DNA of 36,541 nt from Bacteroidota bacterium (GTDB lineage: Bacteria > Bacteroidota > Ignavibacteria > Kapaibacteriales > UBA2268), in NCBI GenBank assembly GCA_017428585.1, contig JAFRQN010000311.1, positions 1-36,541 on the forward strand, in the 5' to 3' direction. The translations under genes and the position numbers were made by a program. Under the pieces are notes generated by a model. That model saw nothing but the letters and a program-made list of their open reading frames with translations. It made no database searches and was not told the DNA's origin. Positions 18,356-27,553 of this stretch are shown in pieces; within the stretch, counting starts at the first letter, position 1; each line of letters begins with the position of its first letter.

Positions 18356-21300
18356 ATGCCAAAAGAATATAGCGAAGACCAACTGATACAGAAGAATACA
18401 GCCGATCTAATGAATGAATTAGGCTGGACAAGTATATATGCATACGAAAAAGAGACATTAGGCAAAGACGGCACTTTAGGACGTAAAACATACAATGAAG
18501 TGCTGCTGATTCGTCATTTTCAGCAGGCACTAAAACGTTTAAATCCTTGGATAGATGATAAACAGCAGCAGGAAGCAACAGAGAGTATGACAGAACATAT
18601 CAGCTCTCAAACACTTATGCAGATTAACGAGCAGAAATATCACTTGATTCGCGATGGTATTCCTGTTAAACGAGTCAAACCGAATGGTGAAACAGAAGAG
18701 GTGCGTGCTAAAGTCATCGATTTCAATTCACCAGACAAGAATGAATTTATCTGTGTACGTGAATTGCAGATACATGGCTCAATTTATCGTCGTCGTGCTG
18801 ATATAGTTGGTTTCGTAAATGGCATTCCTCTTCTTTTTATAGAACTGAAGAATCACGATGTAGAAGTGATAGATGCTTTTAACCAGAACTACCGAGATTA
18901 TCTTGATACAATACCACATCTGTTCTATTATAACGCTTTCATTATTTTCAGCAATGGATTGGAAGCCCGTGTAGGTACAATAGATTCAAAATGGGAATTT
19001 TTTCATGAATGGAAAAGATTAAAAGAAGAAGATGCTGGCAGTATTGAACTGTCAACCATGCTAAAAGGCATCTGCAACAAAGAAAACTTTCTTGACCTTC
19101 TGGAAAACTTTATTCTTTATGACCACAGTGAAGGAAGAACAGCTAAAATCCTTGCCCGCAACCATCAATATTTAGGTGTAAATCAAGCAGTAGAAATGTA
19201 CCGTAAACGTCAATACTTGAATGGAAAACTTGGAGTATTTTGGCATACACAAGGTAGCGGCAAAAGCTATTCAATGTTGTTCTTAACACAGAAAATACGC
19301 AGGAAATTTGAAGGTTCGCCAACGTTCCTTGTTCTAACAGATCGTGATGAACTAAATAAACAAATCAGCAGTACATTTGAAAATTGTGGTTTATTAAGTA
19401 ATGACGCTAAAAAATATATTGCAGGCAGTGGATATGATCTAAAAACAAAATTAAAAGGAAATCCATCATTTATTTTCTCATTGATTCAGAAATTCAACGA
19501 TGCCAATGCAGAACCTATAATTCCTGATCATGATATTATTGTAATAAGCGATGAAGCTCATCGAACGCAGAACGGCATCTTTGCCGAAAACTTAATGCAT
19601 ATTCTGCCGACTGCTCATCGTATAGGTTTTACAGGTACACCTCTGTTGTCAAATGACAATATAACTGCCCGCACTTTTGGCGGCTACGTTAGTATATATG
19701 ATTTCAACCGAGCTGTAAAGGATAAAGCAACAGTGCCACTTTTTTATGAAAATCGTGGAAAGAAAATACAAGACTTGAAAAACCCTGAAATTAATGAGGA
19801 AATAGCAGCAGTTTTAGAACAAGCCGGCGATTTAGATGCTTCACAACAGGCCAAGCTGGATCAAGAATTTTCAAAAGAGGTACATATATTAACTGCAGAA
19901 AAACGTCTGCGTTTAATAGCTAAAGATTTTGCACGCAATTACAGCGATATTTGGACATCTGGCAAGGCTATGTTCGTCTGCTATAACAAAGTAACATGTG
20001 TTAGAATGTATAACTATGTGCAGGAGTATTGGCAGGAAGAGATAAAACAGCTGGAACACCAAATAGAAAAATGTAAATCTCAACAAGAAGCACAAGAAAT
20101 GCATCGAAAACTGACCTGGATGAAAGAAACAGATATGGCTGTAGTGGTTTCTCAAGAACAAAATGAAATACAGACTTTTCAAAAATGGGGTCTTGACATC
20201 AAGATACATCGTGAAAAGATGGAAAAACGTGAACTGGATAAGGAATTCAAAGATGCCGACTCAACGCTGCGTATTGTATTTGTATGTGCTATGTGGCTGA
20301 CAGGATTTGACGTAAAGACATTATCTTGTCTCTATATCGACAAACCTATGAAAGCTCATACTTTAATGCAAACCATTGCTCGTGCCAATCGTGTAGCGGA
20401 AGGGAAAATAAACGGTCTAATTTTTGACTATATTGGAATGGTAAAAGCTCTTCGTAAAGCATTGGCTGACTATACAGCTAATAAAGAAGCTGGAATTGCA
20501 GGAACCGATCCAACTATAGATAAAAAAGATTTAATTAAACAGACACTTGAAGCCATTGTACTAACAACAGATTTCTTGAAAGAACATAATTTCAATTTAG
20601 AAGATCTGATAAAAGCTAAAAATATCAATTTCAATATACTTTCTCTTTTGAAAACTGCTGCCAATGCTATGTGCGAATCAGCTGAAATTAGAAAAACATA
20701 CTGTACTTATGCATCACGACTATTAAATCTTTGGAAATATCTCGATCGTGAAGATATCACAGCTGAAATGAAACAGCAGAAAGATGCTATTCAAGCTATC
20801 TATAAAGAATTGCAAAAGAAGCGAAAACATGCAGACACGACGGATTTAAGTGTTGCTATTAATGAAATTATAAATGATTATCTGGAAATAGAAACTGAAA
20901 ATTTAAATGATAAGCCAAGCCGTCGTTTCAATATCAGCGAAATAAACTTTGAAATTTTGCGTCTTGAATTTGCGAATAGCAATAGAAAGAATTTAATACT
21001 AAAAGATCTTCAAGAATTGCTGCAGGAACGCATAAATAAAATGCTGGTACAAAATCCATCACGCATTAATTTCTACGAAAAATATAAAAAAATAATTGAA
21101 GCTTATAATAAAGAACAGAATCGTGCAGCAATCGAAAAAACTTTTGAAGAATTAATAGAGCTATCGAATGAACTGACAGAAGAAGAACAACGTTATATAC
21201 GAGAAGGTTTTGAAAATGACGAACAACTATCAATGTACGACATTCTGATGAAAGATGATTTAAGCAAGAGCGAAATCAAAAAACTTAAGAAAGCAGCGAT

Positions 21301-21502
21301 AGAACTGCTTGCTATAATTAAACAGAAATTGGAAGAAATGGATCATCCTTTTGATAAACAAACTACAAAAGCAGAAATTAAAGTTACTATCAAAGAAACG
21401 CTTTGGAATAAACTTCCTGATAGCTACTCTGAAGAAATCATACCACAATATATAGACAGAGTATATAACTATGTCAGTCAGCACTATGGCGGTGCTGCAT
21501 AG
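18356..21502 (+). CDS. hsdR: Type I restriction-modification system, endonuclease/translocase subunit R
   Basis: N-terminal PD-(D/E)xK nuclease (ADIVGFVNGIPLLFIELK). SF2 helicase motifs HTQGSGKS, VISDEAHRTQ, FTGTP and QTIARANRV. Long helical C-terminal domain typical of HsdR. 1048 aa. Confidence 0.93.
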   Translation: MPKEYSEDQLIQKNTADLMNELGWTSIYAYEKETLGKDGTLGRKTYNEVLLIRHFQQALKRLNPWIDDKQQQEATESMTEHISSQTLMQINEQKYHLIRDGIPVKRVKPNGETEEVRAKVIDFNSPDKNEFICVRELQIHGSIYRRRADIVGFVNGIPLLFIELKNHDVEVIDAFNQNYRDYLDTIPHLFYYNAFIIFSNGLEARVGTIDSKWEFFHEWKRLKEEDAGSIELSTMLKGICNKENFLDLLENFILYDHSEGRTAKILARNHQYLGVNQAVEMYRKRQYLNGKLGVFWHTQGSGKSYSMLFLTQKIRRKFEGSPTFLVLTDRDELNKQISSTFENCGLLSNDAKKYIAGSGYDLKTKLKGNPSFIFSLIQKFNDANAEPIIPDHDIIVISDEAHRTQNGIFAENLMHILPTAHRIGFTGTPLLSNDNITARTFGGYVSIYDFNRAVKDKATVPLFYENRGKKIQDLKNPEINEEIAAVLEQAGDLDASQQAKLDQEFSKEVHILTAEKRLRLIAKDFARNYSDIWTSGKAMFVCYNKVTCVRMYNYVQEYWQEEIKQLEHQIEKCKSQQEAQEMHRKLTWMKETDMAVVVSQEQNEIQTFQKWGLDIKIHREKMEKRELDKEFKDADSTLRIVFVCAMWLTGFDVKTLSCLYIDKPMKAHTLMQTIARANRVAEGKINGLIFDYIGMVKALRKALADYTANKEAGIAGTDPTIDKKDLIKQTLEAIVLTTDFLKEHNFNLEDLIKAKNINFNILSLLKTAANAMCESAEIRKTYCTYASRLLNLWKYLDREDITAEMKQQKDAIQAIYKELQKKRKHADTTDLSVAINEIINDYLEIETENLNDKPSRRFNISEINFEILRLEFANSNRKNLILKDLQELLQERINKMLVQNPSRINFYEKYKKIIEAYNKEQNRAAIEKTFEELIELSNELTEEEQRYIREGFENDEQLSMYDILMKDDLSKSEIKKLKKAAIELLAIIKQKLEEMDHPFDKQTTKAEIKVTIKETLWNKLPDSYSEEIIPQYIDRVYNYVSQHYGGAA

Positions 21503-21523
21503 AATAATTTTTCCTTTAAAACA

Positions 21524-21558
21524 AAAATAAGGCATTTATACAAATGCCTTATTTTATT
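21524..21558. terminator. Bidirectional intrinsic terminator between hsdR and the convergent LysM gene
   Basis: Stem ataaggcattt (21527-21537), loop atac, stem aaatgccttat (21542-21552), flanked by an A-run and a T-rich tract. Confidence 0.6.
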
Positions 21559-21575
21559 ATTTATAGTTTATTTAA

Positions 21576-22373
21576 TTATAAACCTGGAGTAGTTGCTGCT
21601 GCTTCAGCTGCTGCAGCTTGAGCTGCACGTTTTTTTCTCCAATATTTTCTTTCTGCTTTTGATTCGTCATCTGTTTTTGGACCAGCAGGAGGAACCTTTA
21701 ATACTTGACCTGGATGAATTATATCAGGGTTGCGGATTTGGTCAGTATTAGCCTGCCATATTTTTGGCCATTGGAATGGATCACCGTAGATTTCCATCTT
21801 ACCAGAAATGTTCCATAAACAATCACGATCTTGTGCCCAAGTACCTACTGTATAACCAGAAATTTTCTTTTCTCTGTATAATCCTTTAATTTCTCTTGCA
21901 AGATTTAAGATTCTATCATAGAATTCTGGAATAACAGCTAATTTATTACCTCTTAATGTATTTAATTCAGCTTCTAATGCTTCTACATCGCTGCGTCTAT
22001 CAGCAAGTTCATCATTTGATAAAACTTTCATCTGTCTAACCTTGCCTTCGAGTACACCAAGTTGTTGACGGAAGTAATCGAGATCAGATTTAGTAGCATT
22101 ACATAATTTTAAGATTTCTTCTTCACAATCGTTATAACTTTGTTTAATGTTAACAATTTGTGCTTCAATACTATTTCTATCTTGTTTAACACTTTCAAGA
22201 TTTTTATTTAAAGCATCTACTTTTGATTGATATAAATTAATGCGGGCATCAGCCTCATCACAAGATAATTCCAAATCTGGCTTACTTTCTGGAGGTGGTG
22301 GAGGCAATTCTTTTGCATCAACAACATTTAACAATAAAACAAAAGATAAAAGATATATAAATAAATTCTTCAT
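21576..22373 (-). CDS. Secreted coiled-coil protein with a C-terminal LysM peptidoglycan-binding domain
   Basis: Signal peptide and a PPPPP linker, then about 130 aa of heptad-like coiled coil. LysM-like YTVGTWAQDRDCLWNISGKMEIYGDPFQWPKIWQANTDQIRNPDIIHPGQVLKVP. Basic/Ala-rich tail. Confidence 0.8.
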   Translation of the reverse strand: MKNLFIYLLSFVLLLNVVDAKELPPPPPESKPDLELSCDEADARINLYQSKVDALNKNLESVKQDRNSIEAQIVNIKQSYNDCEEEILKLCNATKSDLDYFRQQLGVLEGKVRQMKVLSNDELADRRSDVEALEAELNTLRGNKLAVIPEFYDRILNLAREIKGLYREKKISGYTVGTWAQDRDCLWNISGKMEIYGDPFQWPKIWQANTDQIRNPDIIHPGQVLKVPPAGPKTDDESKAERKYWRKKRAAQAAAAEAAATTPGL

Positions 22374-22390
22374 TTCAAATTCTCCTATAA

Positions 22391-22696
22391 TTATGGTTCT
22401 ACCGTATAATCAGGCCAAACATTAGGCCATTGTGACAAACGAAGTCTTACTGTATTACGTTTTTCGTTACAATCATCTGCTTCAGCTTTTCTTGCTTGAA
22501 GCTCCTTGTTAAGTTTTGCACGTTCATTTTGAACGTTTGTAATTTCAGTGTTAATTGATTTTTCCTGACGTCTTAAATCAGCAATCTTACCAAGTTGTTC
22601 ATCTGTAATTTTACAAGAGCAGCTTGTTATTATTACACTGCTGGCTAAAACAGCAATATAAAAAGATGCACTGGAGACAATTTTCTTTATTTTCAT
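22391..22696 (-). CDS. Small coiled-coil lipoprotein (hypothetical)
   Basis: 101 aa. Signal peptide ending in the lipobox-like VIITSC. Coiled-coil segment LRRQEKSINTEITNVQNERAKLNKELQARKAEADD. 17-nt gap to the downstream LysM gene. Confidence 0.6.
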   Translation of the reverse strand: MKIKKIVSSASFYIAVLASSVIITSCSCKITDEQLGKIADLRRQEKSINTEITNVQNERAKLNKELQARKAEADDCNEKRNTVRLRLSQWPNVWPDYTVEP

Positions 22697-22952
22697 AAAA
22701 GCCTCAAAAAATTAAATTTTTAAAAATTATTATTAAAATTATTATTTGCTCTCTTTCTTTTTGTTTAATTTATTTAATGTAGTAAATACACATTTTACAA
22801 ATATACAAAAAATATACAAATAAAAAATTAAAATTATTCTAATTTTTTGATTAATAAAAATATTATAAATGATTATTATGCTTTTTCTTTTTATACTAAA
22901 ACCTTATTAAAACAAAAAATAAAAAAAAGTTGTTTTTATCAAATACAATTTG

Positions 22953-22960
22953 TAATTTTG
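22953..22960 (+). promoter_or_regulatory. Candidate -7 box TAATTTTG far upstream of the PpiD-like gene
   Basis: TAnnTTTG match at 22953-22960, with gTTG (22929-22932) 20 nt upstream. This would imply a leader of about 140 nt before the ATG at 23105. Confidence 0.25.
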
Positions 22961-23104
22961 TAGTTTTCATATATATAATATTGTAATTAGCAATAGAATT
23001 GGCAGACTCTACTGATTTTTGTTTCTTTTCTACACTAATTACATAAAAAATAAATCAAATTGAAAATAATAATATTAAATAAATTAAAATTGGAGTTCGT
23101 ATAA

Positions 23105-25279
23105 ATGGGAACTATTGAACGTATTCGTCAGATATCACCTTATGCTTTTATAGCATTTGCAGTAATATTTATACTGTTTATGGTGCTTAGTGACAATATT
23201 TCATCATTAACATCTTCTGGTGGTGAAAGTATACAAACTGCTGTTATTGCAGAAATAAATGGAGATAAAATTTATTATAAGGATTATGAAGAACGTGTAA
23301 GACAACGTATAGAACAAATGAGAAATAATCCTCAAACCCAAGATCAAGAAATTGACGACCAAAGCATTCGTACACAAATATGGAACGAAATGGTTGATGA
23401 AATTTTATTAAATCAAGCTGGGAAAAAATTTGGAATAACAGTAACAGACGAAGAAATAGCAGATATATTAATTGAAAATCCACCTGATTTTCTAAAACAA
23501 TCTTTTACTGATACTGCTGGCAATTTTGATAAAAATTTATATTTAGAATTAATCACCAATCCAGAAAGATTGATTTATTATACAGGACAAAATCCTGATG
23601 AATTAGATCCTGAAGAAAAAAATAGACAAATAAATAATTTTAGAAATGAAATAGTAAATGTTACTGAATATCTTAAATTGCAAAAACTTAATGAAGCAAT
23701 GGATAACACAATCAAAGCAGCATACGCTATTTCATCACCAAGTTATGTTGAAGAAAAATATATAAATAATAACAGTACTGCTGATATTAATTTCATATAC
23801 TTAGGTATTGAATCTGTAAATGACAGCATTAATGTAACAGATAAAGAAATCGAAGAGTATTACAATGCTCATAAGGGAATGTACAAAACTAAAGAAAATC
23901 GTAGAGTAAAAACTTTAAGTTTTGATTTCTTACCTTCAAAGGATGACTCTAATAGAGTAAATAAACGTGTAGAAAAAGTTACTAATGAATTAAATGCTGC
24001 AACAACAGATTTAGAAAGAGACAGTATTTTTGCAATAAAAATGAATGAATATAGTGGAGTTGAAAACGATTGGAAATTAATTCAAGATGTTCCTCCACAA
24101 ACAGCAGCAGTTTTAGCAGATATTCCAACAAACTCTGTATTTGGTCCTGTTCCTATGATGGATGGTGTACATTTTTATAGAGTTGATGGAAGACGCCAAG
24201 GTGAACAAGAAGTTGTAAAAGCAAGCCATATTTTAATAGGTTTTGGCAACAATAAAGATAGTGCAAAAGCAGAAGCAAATAAAGTATTATCATTAGCAAA
24301 AAAAGGCAATTTTGCAGAATTAGCATCTAAATATTCTGAAGATAAAGGATCAGCTGCACAAGGTGGTGATTTAGGATATTTTGGAAAAGGCAGAATGGTT
24401 CCTGAATTTGAAAAAGCTGCTTTTGGTGCTCCTGTTGGCGGAGTTGTAGGACCTATCGAATCTCAATTCGGTTATCATATAATAAAAGTAACAGATAAAA
24501 GATCAGAAGAAATAAAATACAGCGAAATTATGTTTGCACCAACAATTTCAGGAGCAACAAAAAATAAAATTAAACGCGATGCTTACGCTGCTATGAAACA
24601 AATAGAAGAAGGCGTAAATATAGATACTTTAGCTGCTAAATTAGGCGTTAGATGTGATGAATCTCACTCTATACAAAAATATCAACCTTTCCAAGGTTCT
24701 ATGTCTTTATCAAACAAGATTTTTGAAGCAAAACTAAATGATGTATTAGCTCCTCAAGAAATTAGCAACAATTACGTTGTTGTTTGTCAAGTATCTAAAA
24801 TAATAAAAGATGGAATTACTCCTCTTGAAGAAGTTAAAGAAAGTGTATCTTCAAAAATAGCAAAGATTAAGAAATTAGATATATTGAAAAAGAGAATGAA
24901 TGAAGTATATAATTCTGTTAAGAATTTAAATACTTTACCATTGGATAGTGCAGCATCGCTACCATACGATGTAAAAGTATTCAATACACAAATAAATAAT
25001 AATGGTGCAATCCAAGGTGCTCCAACAGATCACATTGCAACAAGTGCTATTTTCAACAATCTAAAGGTTGGAAAAATCAATGAACCTGTTCGTGGAAGCA
25101 ATGGATACTTTATCGTTGAATTAAAAAATAAAACAATGGCAAGCATAAAAGATAAAAAAGATATGCAGGATGCTGATGTTGAACAATATTCAAGAAATTT
25201 ATTCAATACTTGGTTTAGCAACTTTAAAGCTGAATCTAAAATCGTAGATAAACGAAGCAAGTATTATGGTGAATATTAA
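23105..25279 (+). CDS. Membrane-anchored periplasmic peptidyl-prolyl isomerase / chaperone (PpiD/SurA-like, parvulin domain)
   Basis: N-terminal TM anchor (YAFIAFAVIFILFMVL). SurA_N-like region. Parvulin rotamase domain ASHILIGF...GGDLGYFGKGRMVPEFEKAAF...GPIESQFGYHIIKV. Confidence 0.85.
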   Translation: MGTIERIRQISPYAFIAFAVIFILFMVLSDNISSLTSSGGESIQTAVIAEINGDKIYYKDYEERVRQRIEQMRNNPQTQDQEIDDQSIRTQIWNEMVDEILLNQAGKKFGITVTDEEIADILIENPPDFLKQSFTDTAGNFDKNLYLELITNPERLIYYTGQNPDELDPEEKNRQINNFRNEIVNVTEYLKLQKLNEAMDNTIKAAYAISSPSYVEEKYINNNSTADINFIYLGIESVNDSINVTDKEIEEYYNAHKGMYKTKENRRVKTLSFDFLPSKDDSNRVNKRVEKVTNELNAATTDLERDSIFAIKMNEYSGVENDWKLIQDVPPQTAAVLADIPTNSVFGPVPMMDGVHFYRVDGRRQGEQEVVKASHILIGFGNNKDSAKAEANKVLSLAKKGNFAELASKYSEDKGSAAQGGDLGYFGKGRMVPEFEKAAFGAPVGGVVGPIESQFGYHIIKVTDKRSEEIKYSEIMFAPTISGATKNKIKRDAYAAMKQIEEGVNIDTLAAKLGVRCDESHSIQKYQPFQGSMSLSNKIFEAKLNDVLAPQEISNNYVVVCQVSKIIKDGITPLEEVKESVSSKIAKIKKLDILKKRMNEVYNSVKNLNTLPLDSAASLPYDVKVFNTQINNNGAIQGAPTDHIATSAIFNNLKVGKINEPVRGSNGYFIVELKNKTMASIKDKKDMQDADVEQYSRNLFNTWFSNFKAESKIVDKRSKYYGEY

Positions 25280-25314
25280 TAAATTTAATTAAGAATATTA
25301 ATTAGATTCATTAT

Positions 25315-25353
25315 AAAACAAAAAACTCATCATTAGATGAGTTTTTTTGTTTT
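25315..25353 (+). terminator. Intrinsic terminator after the PpiD-like gene
   Basis: Stem actcatc (25325-25331), loop atta, stem gatgagt (25336-25342), then a T7 run. Confidence 0.6.
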
Positions 25354-25471
25354 AAATAAATCCTTAATCTTTTATTCAATTAAATTTTTATTTTATAGAA
25401 TCATATTTTTTTTGTAAATTGTATTTATTAAATATAGTTTATCAAAATTTTTTAAATAATTATAAAATTTT

Positions 25472-27496
25472 ATGGAGCAAAACAATTCTACTATTAATGC
25501 CAAATTACCAGAAAATGCCCATAGAGAATTAAAAGAAGGCGAAATATACAACCCTGTAATGCCTGCAGAGTCAAAATTCGCTGAAATAACTCCTTGGTCA
25601 GTATGTATGGGATTATTGATGGCAATTATTTTCTCTGCAGCTGCTGCCTATTCTGGATTAAAAATAGGACAGGTATTTGAAGCTGCAATCCCAATTTCAA
25701 TTATTGCAGTTGGTGCTTCTGCTGCACTAAAGAAAAAAAACGCATTAGCTCAAAATGTGATTATTCAATCAATAGGAGCAAGTTCTGGTGTTATTGTTGC
25801 TGGTGCAATATTTACAATACCTGCACTTTATATTTTACAAGCAAAATATCCAGAAATAGAAGCTAATTTTGTCCAAATATTCTTTTCATCTCTCTTTGGT
25901 GGATTCTTAGGAATATTATTTTTAATTCCATTCCGTAAATATTTTGTCAAAGATATGCACGGTAAATTCCCATTCCCTGAAGCCACTGCTACAACAGAAA
26001 TACTTATCACAGGTGAGAAAGGTGGATCTCAAGCAAAGATTTTAATATTTAGCGGACTTTTTGGTGGAATATTTGAATTTTTAGTTTCTACATTACATTT
26101 ATTCGCAGATACATTTTCAACCCGTGTAATTCCTATAGGTGCTGCTCTTGCTGATAAAGCAAAATTAGTATTTAAGATGAGCGTTTCTCCTTTAGTTTTT
26201 TCTTTTGGATATCTTATAGGATTAAAATATGCTACAATTATATGTGTAGGTTCTCTTTTATCATGGTTTGTTTTTGTACCGCTTATTAATGAAATAGGTG
26301 AAATATTTTTAACATTATCTGCTGGTACTGCAGCAAATCCTTTTGCAGCAATGTCTCCAGAAGAGATATTTAGAACATTTGTTCGTCCTATTGGAATTGG
26401 TGCAATTGCAATGGCAGGTATTATTGGTATAGTTAAATCTTCATCTGTTATTGGTTCTGCTTTTAAACTTGCTGTATCAGGATTAGGCAAAAAAGGTACT
26501 AAAGAACTTAAACAAGAAGAACCAAGAACTAATAGAGATTTAAAAATGACAACAATCTTGTTATTATCATTTTTAACTATTGTTGCTATTTTCATTTTCT
26601 TATTAGTTGGTGTAAATATCACTCCATTCCAAGCAATTATTGCCTTGATAACTCTTGTTGTAATTTCATTCTTATTTACAACAGTAGCAGCAAATGCAAT
26701 AGCAATTGTTGGTTCTAACCCAGTTTCTGGCATGACATTAATGACATTAATTTTATCATCATTTATTCTTGTAGCAGCAGGATTAACTGGTCCTTTAGGA
26801 ATGATGAGTGCATTAATTATTGGCGGTATTGTTTGTACAGCATTATCAATGGCTGGCGGCTTTATTACAGATTTAAAAGTAGGATATTGGTTAGGAACTA
26901 CTCCTATTAAACAAGAAAAATGGAAATTCCTTGGAACATTATTATCTGCAGCAACAGTTGGTATTGTTATCTACATATTAGGTGAAGCATACGGTTACGT
27001 TCTTACACCAGAAACTCCAAATCCATTAGTAGCTCCTCAAGCTAATGCAATGGCAGCTGTAATAGAACCTTTAATGCTTCCAGGTGCAAAAGTTTTCTGG
27101 ATACTTTATATTGTTGGTGCTTTGCTTTCATTATTATTAATGTGGATAGGCATACCACCTCTACCATTTGCACTTGGAATGTTTATTCCTCTTGAATTAA
27201 ATACTCCTCTTATTGTTGGTGGTATTTTAAACTATTTTATGAGCAAAGAAACAAAGAAACAAAGCAAGAAATTGGCAGAAGCAAGAACCGCACGTGGAAC
27301 ATTAATAGCATCAGGTATGATAGCAGGTGCTGCAATATTTGGTGTAATTGGTGCTTTATTATTATTCTTTAATATTAATTTAGATACACATCTATTTGCA
27401 AACAATCAAGTTGCAGGCGAAGCAGTTGCAATAGTTGCATTTATTATACTAATTGCATACTTTGTATGGGATGCTCGTCGTGCTAAAGAAGAATAA
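25472..27496 (+). CDS. OPT-family oligopeptide transporter
   Basis: 674-aa polytopic membrane protein with OPT-like blocks: EITPWSVCMGLLMAIIFSAAAAYSGLKIGQ, FPFPEATATTEIL, NPVSGMTLMTLI, DLKVGYWLGTTP. Confidence 0.88.
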   Translation: MEQNNSTINAKLPENAHRELKEGEIYNPVMPAESKFAEITPWSVCMGLLMAIIFSAAAAYSGLKIGQVFEAAIPISIIAVGASAALKKKNALAQNVIIQSIGASSGVIVAGAIFTIPALYILQAKYPEIEANFVQIFFSSLFGGFLGILFLIPFRKYFVKDMHGKFPFPEATATTEILITGEKGGSQAKILIFSGLFGGIFEFLVSTLHLFADTFSTRVIPIGAALADKAKLVFKMSVSPLVFSFGYLIGLKYATIICVGSLLSWFVFVPLINEIGEIFLTLSAGTAANPFAAMSPEEIFRTFVRPIGIGAIAMAGIIGIVKSSSVIGSAFKLAVSGLGKKGTKELKQEEPRTNRDLKMTTILLLSFLTIVAIFIFLLVGVNITPFQAIIALITLVVISFLFTTVAANAIAIVGSNPVSGMTLMTLILSSFILVAAGLTGPLGMMSALIIGGIVCTALSMAGGFITDLKVGYWLGTTPIKQEKWKFLGTLLSAATVGIVIYILGEAYGYVLTPETPNPLVAPQANAMAAVIEPLMLPGAKVFWILYIVGALLSLLLMWIGIPPLPFALGMFIPLELNTPLIVGGILNYFMSKETKKQSKKLAEARTARGTLIASGMIAGAAIFGVIGALLLFFNINLDTHLFANNQVAGEAVAIVAFIILIAYFVWDARRAKEE

Positions 27497-27519
27497 TAAA
27501 AAGATTTAATTTATAACAA

Positions 27520-27553
27520 TAAAAAACGAGATAATTATATTATCTCGTTTTTT
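27520..27553. terminator. Bidirectional intrinsic terminator between the OPT gene and the convergent NlpC/P60 gene
   Basis: A-run, stem acgagataat (27526-27535), loop tat, stem attatctcgt (27539-27548), T-run. Confidence 0.55.

Noticed and set aside
18354-21535. Minus-strand ORFs within hsdR (18354..18578, 19913..20209, 20470..20664, 21260..21535)
   Set aside because: They are antisense shadows of a 1048-aa helicase-nuclease ORF. The last one runs through the hsdR terminator hairpin.
21503-21575. Search for a direct repeat of the tRNA-Ser 3' end (attR) at the right edge of the R-M cassette
   Set aside because: I saw no match of 10 nt or longer to GGTTCGAATCCCTCTCTCTCCG. The region is fully explained by the bidirectional terminator. 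The island is therefore not called a mobile element.
22240-22425. 61-aa plus-strand ORF spanning the LysM-gene 5' end and the upstream gap
   Set aside because: It is antisense to the signal-peptide and Pro-linker region; its GGGGG run is the complement of the PPPPP codons. There is no independent support.
26029-26733. 234-aa minus-strand ORF inside the OPT transporter gene
   Set aside because: It lies entirely antisense to a well-supported 674-aa transporter ORF. Its translation is low-complexity (Ile/Asn/Pro/Thr-rich) with no recognisable motif. This is the shadow-ORF pattern common in AT-rich genomes.
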